This document shows positions 1-14,500 of a stretch of DNA of 64,000 bases, in pieces (the first letter of the stretch is position 1; each line of letters begins with the position of its first letter). The translations under genes and the position numbers were made by a program. Below the pieces are notes generated by a model, which was not told the DNA's origin, did no database searches, and saw nothing but the letters and a program-made list of their open reading frames with translations. Origin of the DNA: the human T2T-CHM13v2.0 reference genome, Homo sapiens; NCBI RefSeq assembly GCF_009914755.1, contig NC_060946.1; one strand, 5' to 3'.

Positions 1-162
1 AGTGCCCAAGAAGTGTCAGATACAATGTATGTAATGCATGTGCCTGTACCTACCCACGTCTAGGTACATATTATAATTAAAACTCAGATGCCTCCAGCAT
101 CTACAGCTAAGAACACTTTCAGGCAAATACAGTTCTGCTGATTATCCCTAGAAGGACAATCA

Positions 163-1122
<960 letters not shown>

Positions 1123-1425
1123 AACACATGAGAAATTACAACCTTTATTACCAGAGTCAGAGCCTGACTATATTGATTGAGTGAAGCCTTCCTTTATAAA
1201 ATGCAAAGCATGTAAACAATTCCAACACAGTAACATATTCATGAGTTTTTAAAGTCATGAGTTTTAGAGAAAATATTTTACTTAAAACCAGCACTTGATG
1301 ATCTCTGACAATGTTACGTAGCCTGAACCTGGAGTTTTGGCTGATGGGTTGTCTCAGCCTGTGACAGGTTTTAGCTGGCTTTGGTTCATCTTCTATCACA
1401 CCCCCACACTCACATGCTCACACAC

Positions 1426-1870
1426 TGTCTTAGTCAGCTCGGGCTGCCATCACAAAATACCATAGACTGGGAGGCTCAAATAACAGAAACTTATTTCTCA
1501 CAGATCTGGAGGCTGGGAAGTCCAAGGTCAAGGTGCCAGCAGACTCAGTTCCCCAGTGAGGGCTCTTTTCCTGTCTTGCAGGTGTCCACCTTCTTACCAT
1601 GTCCTATGGCAGAGAGAGAGAGACTGAGAGAGAGAGGGGGATAGGAAGAGAGAGAGAGAGAGAAAGAGAGAGAGTGAGAGAGAGAGTGCACATTGCCCTG
1701 GTCTCTTCATCTTCTTAGAAGAACACGGATCCCATCATGGGAACCTGGCCCCCATGACTTCATCTAAACCTAATTACTTCCCAAATGTTCCCATTTCCAA
1801 AAACGTCACACTGGGGGTTACAGCTTTAACATGAATTTTAGGGAGACAGAAACATTCGGTCCATAATACA
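1426..1870 (-). mobile_element. MLT1A/B-type MaLR LTR containing (GA)n
   Basis: tgtcttagtcagctcgggctgccatcacaaaataccatagactgg...ggaggctgggaagtccaaggtcaaggtgccagcaga; (GA)n 1610-1686. Confidence 0.8.
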
Positions 1871-2009
1871 TGCCCTGTGATATACCCCCATAAAATAAAT
1901 ACACTGAGTGGCTGTTGGGTTTGTCTTCAGGTGGAAGGGTCTGATCCTCTGAACTTCCAGATAGGGTTCTTGAATGATCCACACCACATCTGCTTCAGTG
2001 TTGTCCAAG

Positions 2010-2170
2010 AAGCTGGCACAAAAGTACAGACTCTCAGGCCCCACCCTGGACATTTCAAGTTAGGGTCTCTGGGGCTGGGACCAGGAATCTGCATTTTGAA
2101 CCAGTCCTTCTTTCCTCCACTTGCCTGCCCAGAAGATTCTAGCAGCTCCCAAAGCTTGAGAACCACTGCT
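2010..2170. mobile_element. MER5A-like DNA transposon relic
   Basis: ...ggaatctgcattttgaac...ttgagaaccactg terminus. Confidence 0.6.
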
Positions 2171-2471
2171 CCTTACCTCTGCATCCTCTGGAGATTTTCC
2201 AAAACTCATGTATGTTCTTAAATCAGTTGTTTTTAATTATAAAAACTATGACACATGAAGCCATGTGATATAACAAAGGCTGAGCTGGATGCAGAAAGGG
2301 CCTTCTGACTACAGCAGGCTTTGGAATGTGGATTTAATGAGCTACTACTTTGGTGAGTAGAGAAAGGGGGAATAAAACCCCAGTGTGTCAGGATTTTTAA
2401 AATTGAATTTCTGTTTGAAAGGATAGGGAGAAAAGGGCATTGCTTCCCTAAAAACTGAAGCCCCTCCCTCT

Positions 2472-2757
2472 CTTTTTTTTAATGGAGTCTTGTTCTCTTG
2501 CCCAGGCTGGAGTGCAGTTGCATGATCTCCGCTCCCTGCAACCTCCACCTCCCAGGTTCAAGAGAATCTCCTGCTTCAGCCTCCTGAGTAGCTGGGATTA
2601 CAGGTGCCCACCACCACACCCGGCTAATTTTTGTATTTTTAGTAGAGTCGGGTTTCACCATGTTGGTCAGGCTGGTCTTGAACTCCCAACCTTGTGATCC
2701 GCCCACCTCGGTCTCCCAAAGTGCTGGGATTACAGGCATGAGTCACCCCGCTCGGCC
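2472..2757 (-). mobile_element. AluS
   Basis: Alu consensus with polyT. Confidence 0.95.
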
Positions 2758-3080
2758 AAAGCCCTTTCTTGATCATATAAATGACTCTAGTGTCTTGGTG
2801 CTTGGTGACTGCTTTCTGTACCCTGCTACAGATGATGCTGCCTGTTTGTGAAACAGGACTGATACAACTCTTCTGGAAGGAACTCTTTCATATCTAAATA
2901 TCAAAACTGTTAATCATTGTTATTAGTAATTCGTTATTTATATTTTAATAACTTAAGTACTACAATTAACTATTCAGCTATTTACCCCAGTTTCCCTTTT
3001 TTAAATTTATTTTTCCAATAGCAGTGTTATTTGAACACCAACTTCAGATTTTAGTCTGCTTTCGACTTAGGTAATTATGA

Positions 3081-3388
<308 letters not shown>

Positions 3389-3535
3389 GTGAATCTATAA
3401 ATTCTTATCAAGAAGCAAATGTGTAGAATCTGTAATGCTTAGATTTTGTTATTGGAGCTATAGAAAATGTTACATTTGTGGTGTCAGACTCTATTTAGCT
3501 GGTAAGGACAAAGCAAGAGCTAAGGCCAATTACTT

Positions 3536-3830
3536 GTCATCGTCGTCATCATCATCATCATCATCGTCATCGTCATATTTCTGGAGCATTCACTATTTAC
3601 CAGGCACTGAGCCAACATTGTATATTCATCATAGCATTTGGTTCTCATAGCAGCTCTATGAGGTTTGTGCCCACATTATCCCCATTTTGCAGATAAAAAA
3701 GCCAAGCCCCAGAAAGGTTAAGTAAATTATTCAAGGTCCACAGCCAGTGTGTGGCAGAACCAGATTCTGGAATCAGGCAGTCCAATTCCGCAGTCCCAAT
3801 TCCTAACCATTGTGCTGTTCAGCCTAATGA
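3536..3830. repeat. (TCA/TCG)n microsatellite followed by MIR
   Basis: trinucleotide run 3536-3575; MIR core attatccccattttgcagat...aaggttaagtaa. Confidence 0.75.
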
Positions 3831-5665
3831 AAGGAGCGAAAGATTCAAGGTAGACAACTGTATATTGTCAAAGGCTTGTTCAACACCAAGGTTGCTTGTT
3901 TCTAAATAATGTTTAAGTCCATGAACAGCTTTTTGCTAATGTTTGGAGCAACTGATAAAATACATCAAGCAAAGAAAAGTGTGGACACATTCATGCACAC
4001 TGGAGAAGTAGCAGAGTGGTTTAATTTTGTGTTGGAGAATCAAAGGCCAGAATGAAAGGCAGTTTTTACATCCCAAAGGAAAATTCCCATTCAGAAAGAC
4101 ATTGATGGCTTTTTTAGCGGCATCCATTCATCTGCTCTGCAAAGGCATGGGGACATGTGATTTTGAGAGTACCGACTCTACTCCCAATGCATGGCAGTCA
4201 TGTATAATAATTTAGGGGACAGTGACTCCATTCACAGTTCCAGAGGTAAACACCCCTCCAATTGACGAAACCAATCAGAAAATCCTACTCTTGCATAGGA
4301 CTGTTTCAGAGATGGGCACAAATCTCATCCTAAGCCAATCAGAGCACGGCACTTCCCTCGGCCATGGCGATTGATTCAGAGATGGGCATGTGACTGGTTT
4401 GCTCAGTTAGAGTGAAACCTAGGATTTTGTCTGATAGTCGAGGTAAAGACACTTTTCTTCAGGAAGATGTGGTGTATGGAACTGTTCCAGACATTTTGTC
4501 ACCATGATAAAAGTGAGTCTGAAAAGTAAACCATCATGTTCAGGAAGGCAAAATCAAGAGAACTGCAGAGCAATGGAGTTAGCACCCTGATCAAGCCATT
4601 CCTGAAACTAGTGTTTACCCATTTTTATTTACATAAATCAATAAATTCCTTTCACTGTTCACATTATTTTAAGCTGGGGTTCTGTTTCTTTCAACTAAAA
4701 GCATTCCAGTTGGTACATCAAACATTGGCTTGCCGTTTAAATACAGTGGGTTCTAATGGGGAGATCTGCTCTCATTGTGAGAGCACCTTAAAATGGACTC
4801 AGTACTTGGGATCAATCTTTAAAAACAAAGTCTAACTACACACTATGTTAATGAGAAATGGGTGTTTTACTCAAAGTGTTATGGAAACACTGGGGAGAGA
4901 ATTTACATGACACATGAAAAAGCAAAACTTAATGAGATTCCTCATCGCCCATCCCCATAGGACTTCTGTGATGACACCTCTTTTGCCTTTCCTTTTCCTT
5001 TTCCTTTTTTCCTTGAAGCTTCTAACGTCTCCTTAGTAACTGCACTCTCATCCTCCATTAATGTTCTGCGTGTTGCAACACCCAAAAAAAAATAAAACAA
5101 TAGCAACGATTAAAAAAAAAAAAAAAAAGGAGGGCCTCTGTCCCTCTAGCCTGTTCCCAATCCCAACCCAAGGATCTTCCCAGAGAGTAGTTCAGCTGCT
5201 GCGTAATAGTTCCATATGATTATCTACTGTGTTCTAGAAATACACAAGGAATGCTCTTGGGCTCTTGTGCGATCCTCTCATCTTTGCAGCCACTCCCACA
5301 AGAAAGAGGACAAATCATTACCTCATTAAGTGAAACTTGAACTTTACCCAGCTCCAACTCCCTCCCTTGGGGAATTTGGAAGAGAGAAATCACAAAGCTG
5401 ATTGAATGTGATAGACTTACTTTCTGAGTGATGTTAAGAATAACACATCTTTCTATAACCATCTAAAACTATCTTGGGATTCAAATCCTTTCAAGTCAGA
5501 CAACCTCCTTCAGTTCAAACATCACCCATGGTTAGCCATTAAAATTATTCAGGAATAAAGAAGGCTCTATGGTTTCTCACTGTGTGCCAGGAATTGTGCT
5601 GGGTGCTCAGAGCCCAAAGCTGAGTGAGACACAGGCACTCACATCCTGTAGTAAGAAGTGGGTAT

Positions 5666-6003
5666 GTAGTTTTCTTTTCTTGTGATGTCTTTATCTGACA
5701 TTTGTATCAGAGTAATACTTTGTCTGACATTTGTATCAGAGTAAAGTATTCCTTCCTCTTCTATTTTTTTTAAATAAGAATTTGCAAAGGATTGGTGTTA
5801 ATTCTTCTTTAAATATTTGGTAGAATTTACCAGTCATCTAGTCCTGTGATTTCCTTTTTGAGAGCTTTTTTATTATGCTTTAATCTCTTACCTTGTTATA
5901 AGCCTATTCAGATTTTCTATTTCTTTTTGAGTCAGTTTGGTAGTTTGTGTGTTTCCAGGAATTTGTCCATTTCATATAGATGAATTTATTGGTGTACAAT
6001 TCT
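5666..6003 (-). mobile_element. Old L1M ORF2 internal fragment flanked by 17-bp direct repeats, inside an L2 relic
   Basis: L1 ORF2 antisense text (ggattggtgttaattcttctttaaatatttggtagaattt); TAGTAAGAAGTGGGTAT at 5649-5665 and 6004-6020. Confidence 0.75.
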
Positions 6004-6428
6004 TAGTAAGAAGTGGGTATACAAACCTATCTCTGTTGTAGAAGATAAATACTAAAATAAAGCCTGACAACAGTGTAACAGAAGCCTGCAGAAGGGAAGG
6101 CTTAGTTGTGTTTGGAGTTGGGGAGATGAAATAGATTCACAGGAGAGGTGATTGAAACCCACTGGGTGCCATAGAATGAGTAAAAGTTGATTAGGTGAAG
6201 ATGTCGGAATGGATAAGCATGTAGGGCATTCCATGTAGGGAAATAATATGAGTAAAAGCAGAGAGGAATAAAAATTTCTGGCATGTTCTGAGGCCATGAG
6301 GTGGGAAGAGCACAAAAGAGTATTTCTAGAAAACGAGAGAGAGAGAGAAAGAAAGAGAGGGTAAGATTATGAGATTATGAAAAGTGTTTATACCATGCTA
6401 AGGATTTTGTATTTTGTTTCTTGATTGA

Positions 6429-6751
<323 letters not shown>

Positions 6752-7294
6752 CCCACATTGACAATTTTTAAGCAGGACTTTAAGACTATCAGGCTTGTGA
6801 TTTTTCTAGGAAGACAGTTTTGGTTGCTGTATTGTGAGTGGTTGGAGGGGAGGGACTGGTGGCAGGGAAACTAGGCTGTTGCTACCACCCATCATGAAAG
6901 ATGCTGGTAGAGAGATGAGGCCAAGCAGAAAGGAGAGGGAGGCTGGATGTCTGAGACCCTGAGTGCTGGAATCAGTAGGACATAGAGGCAACTAGCAGTG
7001 ACGGAAGAGAGGGAGAGCACGCAACGATGAGGTTGAGGCTTCTAGCCGGGGTTGTGTCAGTCCTGCAAGGCAATGAGCAAGTTCAACCTGTGATGCTTCA
7101 GTACATTCTATTTGCGTATCTATGGAAGACAGTTATAGACATGGCTGCGTTTGTGTTGTCACATTAATCATAAAAGCTTTCAGGGGAAAAAAATCCAAAG
7201 GGAATAAAGATTTTCTGAAAAGCATTCTTGTCTGAAGGAAGCTGCATGCAAATGGAAAACCTGGACATATAATTGATTTCAGTAACCATAATGA

Positions 7295-7606
<312 letters not shown>

Positions 7607-8250
7607 TGACATTGTGTTTTCATTCAGGTTGTGCAGTGGGGCTTTGAAAATGTGAGAAATTGACAGACAGGCCCTGGTTAGGGGAAACAAAAATGGTTTC
7701 TAGTTTCAAGGTTGAATATGTTTCTTTTCATAAAAATACCCCATCACTTCTAACAGTCTGACTGACAGTTTTCTCTTCATTAGTAGATAAAACCTAACAT
7801 TTTCTAGACAATAAAAAGCAGTCTGAGAGATATGGATGACACATTTAAAAATACTAACTTCTGCCCTGGGTATTGCCCTGTGCACCGAAACCTAAACTCA
7901 TAAGATGTTATTGAGGGGAGCGAGTACTCTTTACCTTGCAAAAGGATTCACTGCAGGATTAAATACAGCTGGAGAATTTTAGAATTTGAAAAGACGTCAG
8001 GGGACCTGCTCCTTCAATCCCTTCATTAGTTATTGGTGAAAAGTGAGATTTAAAAAGCTTAAGAGACTTGCTTAGAGTTATTCAGCAATGCCAGAGCCAG
8101 CGGGTCAGAGCCAGCACTGTTCTGTTCATTCTCAGTGCTGGTCTCTTTCCATCAGGCCCTGTATGATGTAGAGATGCTCCAGCGATGCTGCTGCTGCTGA
8201 TAACCTGGTCAATATTTATCGAGTGCTTTCTGTGTGCCAGACACAGTTCT

Positions 8251-9902
8251 TTTATTTATTTATTTATTTTTTTATTGATCATTCTTGGGTGTTTCTCGCA
8301 GAGGGGGATTTGGCAGGGTCACAGGACAATAGTGAAGGGAAGGTCAGCAGATAAACAAGTGAACAAAGGTCTCTGGTTTTCCTAGGCAGAGGACCCTGCG
8401 GCCTTCCGCACTGTTTGTGTCCCTGGGTACTTGAGATTAGGGAGTGGTGATGACTCTCAAGGAGCATGCTGCCTTCAAGCGTCTGTTTAACAAAGCACAT
8501 CTTGCACCGCCCTTAATCCATTTAACCCTGAGTGGACACAGCACATGTTTCAGAGAGCACAGGGTTGGGGGTAAGGTCACAGATCAACAGGATCCCAAGG
8601 CAGAAGAATTTTTCTTAGTACAGAACAAAATAAAAAGTCTCCCATGTCCACCTCTTTCTACACAGACACGGCAACCATCCGATTTCTCAATCTTTTCCCC
8701 ACCTTTCCCCCCTTTCGATTCCACAAAACCGCCATTGTCATCATGGCCCATTCTCAATGAGCTGCTGGGTACACCTCCCAGACGGGGTGGTGGCCGGGCA
8801 GCGGGGCTCCTCACTTCCCAGTAGGGGCGGCCGGGCAGAGGCGCCCCTCACCTCCCGGACGGGGCGGCTGGCCAGGCGGGGGGCTGACCCCCCCACCTCC
8901 CTCCCGGACGGGGCGGCTGGCCAGGCGGGGGGCTGACCCCCCCATCTCCCTCCTGGACGGGGTGGCTGCCGGGCAGAGATGCTCCTCACTTCCCAGACGG
9001 GGTGGCTGCCGGGCGGAGGGGCTCCTCACTTCTCAGACGGGGCGGCTGCTGGGCAGAGGGGCTCCTCACTTCTCAGACAGGGCGGTTGCCAGGCAGAGGG
9101 TCTCCTCACTTCTCAGATGGGGCGGCCGGGCAGAGACGCTCCTCACATCCCGGACGGGGCGACAGGGCAGAGGCGCTCCCCACATCTCAGACGATGGGTG
9201 GCCAGGCAGAGACGCTCCTCACTTCCTAGATGGGATGGCGGCCGGGAAGAGGCACTCCTCACTTCCTAGATGGGATGGCGGCCGGGCAGAGACGCTCCTC
9301 ACTTTCCAGACTGGGCAGCCAGGCAGAGGGGTTCCTCACATCCCAGACGATGGGCGGCCAGGCAGAGACGCTCCTCACTTCCCAGACGGGGTGGCGGCCG
9401 GGCAGAGGCTGCAATCTCAGCTCTTTGGGAGGCCAAGGCAGGCGGCTGGGAGGTGGTTGTAGCGAGCCGAGATCAAGCCACTGCACTGCAGCCTGGGCAC
9501 CATTGAGCACTGAGTGAACGAGACTCCGTCTGCAATCCCGGCACCTCGGGAGGCCGAGGCTGGAGGATCACTCGCGGTTAGGAGCTGGAGACCAGCCCGG
9601 CCAACACAGCGAAACCCCGTTTCCACCAAAAAAATATGAGAACCAGTCAGGCGTGGCGGCGCACGCCTGCAATCGCAGGCACTCGGCAGGCTGAGGCAGG
9701 AGAATCAGGCAGGGAGGTTGCAGTGAGCCGAGATGGCAGCAGTACAGTCCAGCTTCGGCTGGGCATCAGAGGGAGACCGTGGAAAGAGAGGGAGAGGGAG
9801 ACCGTGGGGAGAGGGAGAGGGGGAGGGGGAGGGGGTGAGGGGGAGGGGGAGAGGGGGAGGGGAAGAGGGGGAGGGGGAGGGGAAGAGGGGAGAGGGGAGA
9901 GG
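8251..9902 (-). mobile_element. Full-length SVA retrotransposon (probably SVA_D-like) inserted in a MIR
   Basis: (CCCTCT)-type hexamer ~9781-9902, Alu-like ~9406-9775, VNTR ~8776-9405, SINE-R ~8271-8775, minus-strand AATAAA 8271-8276 plus tail; 15-bp TSD GCCAGACACAGTTCT at 8236-8250 and 9903-9917; TT/AGAA endonuclease-type site. Confidence 0.97.
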
Positions 9903-11607
9903 GCCAGACACAGTTCTAAGCACTTTTTACATGTTACAGCATTGCTCTCACGGCAATCCCGTTAACAACACTGAGGCAGAGCTGAGACACAGAGAGATTA
10001 GACAACTTGTCTAAGGTCACACAGCTCAGAAGGACTGGTCTCGGGCTTCTTATTCAGGCCATTTGACTTTTGAGCCCATGCTCTGAACCACAACAACAAC
10101 AACACTGTCACTTTTCTTTAGAGTGACTCCCTGACCAGCAGTCCCCATAGAGAAATGTGTTTCCACTCACATATCGAAAGGAGAGTACTTCTCTACTGAA
10201 CATCGTTTCAGTGCTAATAGCTAATAGTTTAATAAAACCAAAGCTTGGCATCATACCTTTTGGCAGATCTTTTTAAAGTTGTCATATATAGAGCTGCCAT
10301 TAAAGTTTGTAAAGCTTTGTGGATAAAAGTAGCATGAAAAGCAGCTCGTATGATGTGTGTGACAACAAACAGAATTGTGATCCAAATTACAGGTGAAACG
10401 GGACAGTGGCCTCCCAGGGAGGCTAGAAATACCTGCAGAGGCTTACAGAGTGAGATGTTTGTAAATAAAGCCATTCAAACATCAATTGTGTGTGGTTTTC
10501 TTGAGAAGCAACTGTATTTAAGGGACTCCTTATATAAAATCAAGTTCTTCTTAGCAAGGATTGCTTTAAATATTCGGACTTGAATGAAGGCCAGCCATGT
10601 TCTGCCATTTTCAAAAATCTTGTAATTGAAGTCTTAGAGTTGATTTTCTTTTCATTTGTGATTAATTTCCCAGAATAACATTCCCAGCTCCCACCCCACC
10701 CAGCATTTACAGTCCAGAGATTGAGTGTAGGAAGTCTTAGTAAAGCCCGAAATCTAAAACAAATAAGACCAGTCAGTTCTCTAGTTAGCTTTTTTCCTTT
10801 CAAGTCGTTAGCAATATAAACTCTGGAAAGCCTAAACTTTAATGCACCCATCTCAGCAACATCTCCTATAACGATGGAAAGGCATAGAAAAGAAGAAAAG
10901 GGAACATTATTAATCTTGTGGGAACGCTGGAGTTTTGTCTATTTTCACAAACAGCGTGAGCCCCAAGTCATTTAAATCCTCTGGGGGTGGGAGACATAAT
11001 TATTTGCAAGGGAACATTATTAGCTAAGTACAAATGGGTTGCTATTTGTTTTCTCTGTTCTTTGTGATGATTACAGGCTGGGGATGGTGTTTAGTAACAG
11101 GATCCAGCAGGTCAGTTATGACAACTTCATCATCACTGTCATTAACCCCTTCTGTTTGCAGTGAAGACAAAAAGCTGTTCAGTATTAAAAGAGTCAAGAA
11201 AAAGAGAAAGAAGAGGGGGTGGAGAAAGTGAGACAACCAAAGAGACAGCCAGGGAACAGAAATTCATACACTATGAACACCGGAAAAAAATACCCCTGGG
11301 TAATTGAGTCAGCTGACTCAAATGGTGTAGGGGCCTCAGTTAGAGGACCAAATTTTGGACTCCTTGTTCTTTCTGCCAAAAGAGTAATTGTTCTTGTTTG
11401 TAAATGCAAATGTTTTTGCCATTTTAGTTCTGAGAAATGCCCTAGGGAGATGTTATTTTTGGTAAGGGGTCTTCCTGCTTCAAGTGTAACAACTGTGAAC
11501 AACTAGTTTCAGCATCTTCTCTAGCATGCCAGGGTAAAATGAAGCAAAATAAACAGAGGAAGTGACATGACCTTTATTGAGGATCTACTGGGTGCCAGGC
11601 AAAATGC

Positions 11608-11914
11608 TTTTTTTTTTTTTTTTTTTCAGACAGGGTCTCACTCTTTCACCCAGGCTGGCGTGCAGTGGTGCAATCTCGACTCACTGTAGCTTCTACTTCC
11701 TGGGTTCAAGCGATTCTTGTGCCTCAGCCTCCTGAGTAGCTGGGTTACAGGCGTGCACCACCATGCCTGGCTAATTTTTGTATTTTTAATAGAGACATTA
11801 TTTTTAATGTATTTTTCATGTTGGCCAGGCTGGTCTTGAACTCCTGGCCTCAAGCGATCCACCTGCCTCAGACTCCCAAAGTGCAGGATTACAGGTGTGA
11901 GCCACTGCGCCCGA
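11608..11914 (-). mobile_element. AluJ/S
   Basis: Alu consensus. Confidence 0.9.
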
Positions 11915-13339
11915 CAAGGTGCATTTTTATGTGCTTTTTCTCCCCTGTCTTCTCAACAACCCTGGGGTAAAAGGCCTCATTTCCACTTTTCCTATGAGAA
12001 CAATAAAGTAGAATGAGGTTAAGAGATTGCCTCTAAGATCACCCAGCCCAGAGCAGGGACTTGATTTCAGGTGTGTCTTGTTCCAAACTTACTACAGTGT
12101 GCTGCTGGGGGGAAAAAAAAGCAAAAAGCAAAACCCAAAGGGTTCTTAACTGAAGTCAAAGATGACCAATAAAATGTAGGCAGATGTCAGGTCTGATCAT
12201 GTGGATGCTCAAATGACAAACAGAAACATTGAGAGAAATTGCATTAATTAAATCATAAAAATATGTTCTGATTTTTGGAGAATTTACTCCTCCTCCTGGG
12301 GTGACCCTTGACAAGACATTCTGTCTTCCTATTTTTAAGCAAAAAAAAAAAAAAGTGGGTAGAAGATGAAAGTTTGATATTTCGCTCATGCATAGCTTTG
12401 TCTCATTAATATATTTTGTGCTTGCCTGTCATTTTGGCTTTCTGCTGCCAGACGAAGCTCCTTCGACTGCCATTCCTACTTCTGACACTCCTCTTGTCCT
12501 TTTCAGGATAACTTTATGCCTATTGTGCCTTGGATCTTGAAAAACGTGGTAAAACTGGCCAATGGTGACGGCAGGCATAGCAGGGAATCAGATTGAGGGG
12601 GGTGGGGGTGGGGACAGAAAATAAAAGAGGGCATCAGGCTACTTGATGATGGAATCAGGCTGCTTCTGCAATGACATTACATGAAATATCTGAAATTTGA
12701 CCTTAACTGTATCTGGTGGGTCCCATTAACCCTGTAAGTTTAGACAGAACATTTACTCCAATTCTAGCAACGTCTAGGCTCATGGGAACACGTGACCAAT
12801 TCAGGTGAATGAAAGGGATTTTAAAACATCAATTTCCAGGTTAAGTCTTCCTAAGACTGCCTGCGTGTCCCTTACCACCACTCCAGCCTGAGTGTCACAT
12901 GAATACTGAATGCGGACTTGTGTGCAAACTGTAGAAAAATTAGAAGCAACTGAAAACCCCAGGCAGCGGAGTGGTGTGATGATGAAAGACACCGAGACGG
13001 AAGATTGGGAAGCTGGAAATTACCCCCCAGCTTCGGTGTTTGGGCTGTATCTTGCTTTTCCACTTCCCTAAATCACCCTCGTGGTGCGAGCGTGCTCGCA
13101 GCAGATGCTCCCTAATTGTCTCTTGTATTGACCGTAAAACCCTAAGGGCAGGAATACTCTCTCTCCTTCTATTTCAACACCCAAACTAAAACCTCTCACC
13201 TGAGTGTAAGGGCGTGCTGACCTTCTTAAGCAGAGAGCTCTTCCATCAGGGGGCTCCCTAAGGGCATCTCTGTTCCTAGCGGCGAAGCCCTCACCCCACT
13301 TTGCTCTGCTTAGCCTGAGACACGCAACTTTCTCCAGCC

Positions 13340-14500
13340 TTTACTCTTCGCTGAATTCTCACGGCGGGCTTGCGGGTACGTTCAGGAGCGAGGTTGGGGG
13401 CCCGGCCCGCTGGGCGCTGTTCACAGGTAGCTTGGACCAGAGCAGGGGCTTCATCATTACCTGCGGGGACAGGTGGGACACATGCATTTCCGGGGTCATC
13501 CCAGACCTCCTGGAGGATGCTGATTGACGCTGTCCCGTTTGAGAACTACTGTGTCCAGGTAGCAGAGGCCTCCCCGATGCCCCTTGAGTAGTGGGCACGG
13601 GGCCCAGGGCTTCTCTGGATGAGCTGGGCGGGCATGAGAACGCATGGAGCTGGGGGCAGGAGGTCGGAGCAGCGAACGAGGAGGAGAAGGAGTAGGCGGA
13701 GGCCGAAGGAGAGGTGGGGGAGGAAGAAGAGGAGGAGGAGGAGTCCCTTGTGGCCACCCCGAAGGGAGGGAGGGCTACCGTAGAGACTTGGTCGAGAGGC
13801 GCGGGACAAGCCTGGCCGCTGGGACTGTGCGCTGAGGTGCACCGACCGTCGGGCCGCGAGCTCCCCGCAGACCCTCGCGGAATGAGCTGGGGGGCGGCGC
13901 GCGAGGCGGCGGAGCGGAAGGCGCACTGCGACCCCGGCGGGCTACAGCCTGCGGCGCTTGCAGGGCGCTGGTGGGGCGCGCCGAGCAGGGGCTGCCCTGG
14001 GGCTGCCCCAGTCCCACCAGGTCGGGGCTCAGCTGGCGGCGGCGGCGGCGGTGGCGGCAGCGCGTCCCATCCGGGTCCGAGTAACCGCCGCCGCCGCCAA
14101 AACTCGCCAACGTGGCGGACCCGGAGGCTGTGCTGGCAGATGCCAGTTACCTGATGGCCATGGAGAAGAGCAAGGCGACTCCGGCCGCCCGCGCCAGCAA
14201 GAGGACCGTCCTGCCCGATCCCAGGTACCAGCTGCCCCGGCCCGCGCTGGTCCCCACGCCGCCGTCCCCAAGCGGCCGTCAGCGACCTCCTGCGTCCGGG
14301 AGGGTCGGGCATTGAGTCGTCGCTGTCCTGGGTGCGGGTGACACCGCGGAACTGGCGATGCGGGGCCGGCCTCCCCGTTCCAGTCTCTGAAATGGGGCAT
14401 CGGATGGCCGGTGGGGGGGACTCCGGGAGAGAGCGCTCCAAAGTGCCCAGCGCGGCGCCCTGCGCGCAGCGAGCGCCCCAGGGAGGGGCTGGTTATGACT
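13340..14500. promoter_or_regulatory. CpG island, duplicated GRK3 promoter/5'UTR
   Basis: very high GC and CpG density around GRK3-like exon 1; (GGC)n 14035-14058. Confidence 0.9.
14112..14224 (+). pseudogene. GRK3 (ADRBK2) partial duplicate, coding part of exon 1; initiator ATG>GTG
   Basis: Translates (M)[36 protein letters not shown] vs GRK3 [37 protein letters not shown]; 113 nt; donor CAG|gtacca (phase 2). Confidence 0.93.

Noticed and set aside
8444-10014. Many overlapping ORFs and a regular ~37-50 bp repeat array that could be mistaken for CRISPR
   Set aside because: All lie inside the SVA VNTR, SINE-R and hexamer domains; there are no unique spacers and the context is eukaryotic.
11161-11227. 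Possible exon (ttctgtttgcag|TGAAGAC...GGAGAAA|gtgaga) with a basic KRVKKKRKKR stretch
   Set aside because: No upstream partner exon or recognisable homology; purine-rich low complexity explains the peptide.
13359-14441. 360-aa minus-strand ORF and other long ORFs across the CpG island
   Set aside because: Low-complexity Pro/Ser/Arg/Gly translation, expected from stop-poor GC-rich DNA; no recognisable domain.
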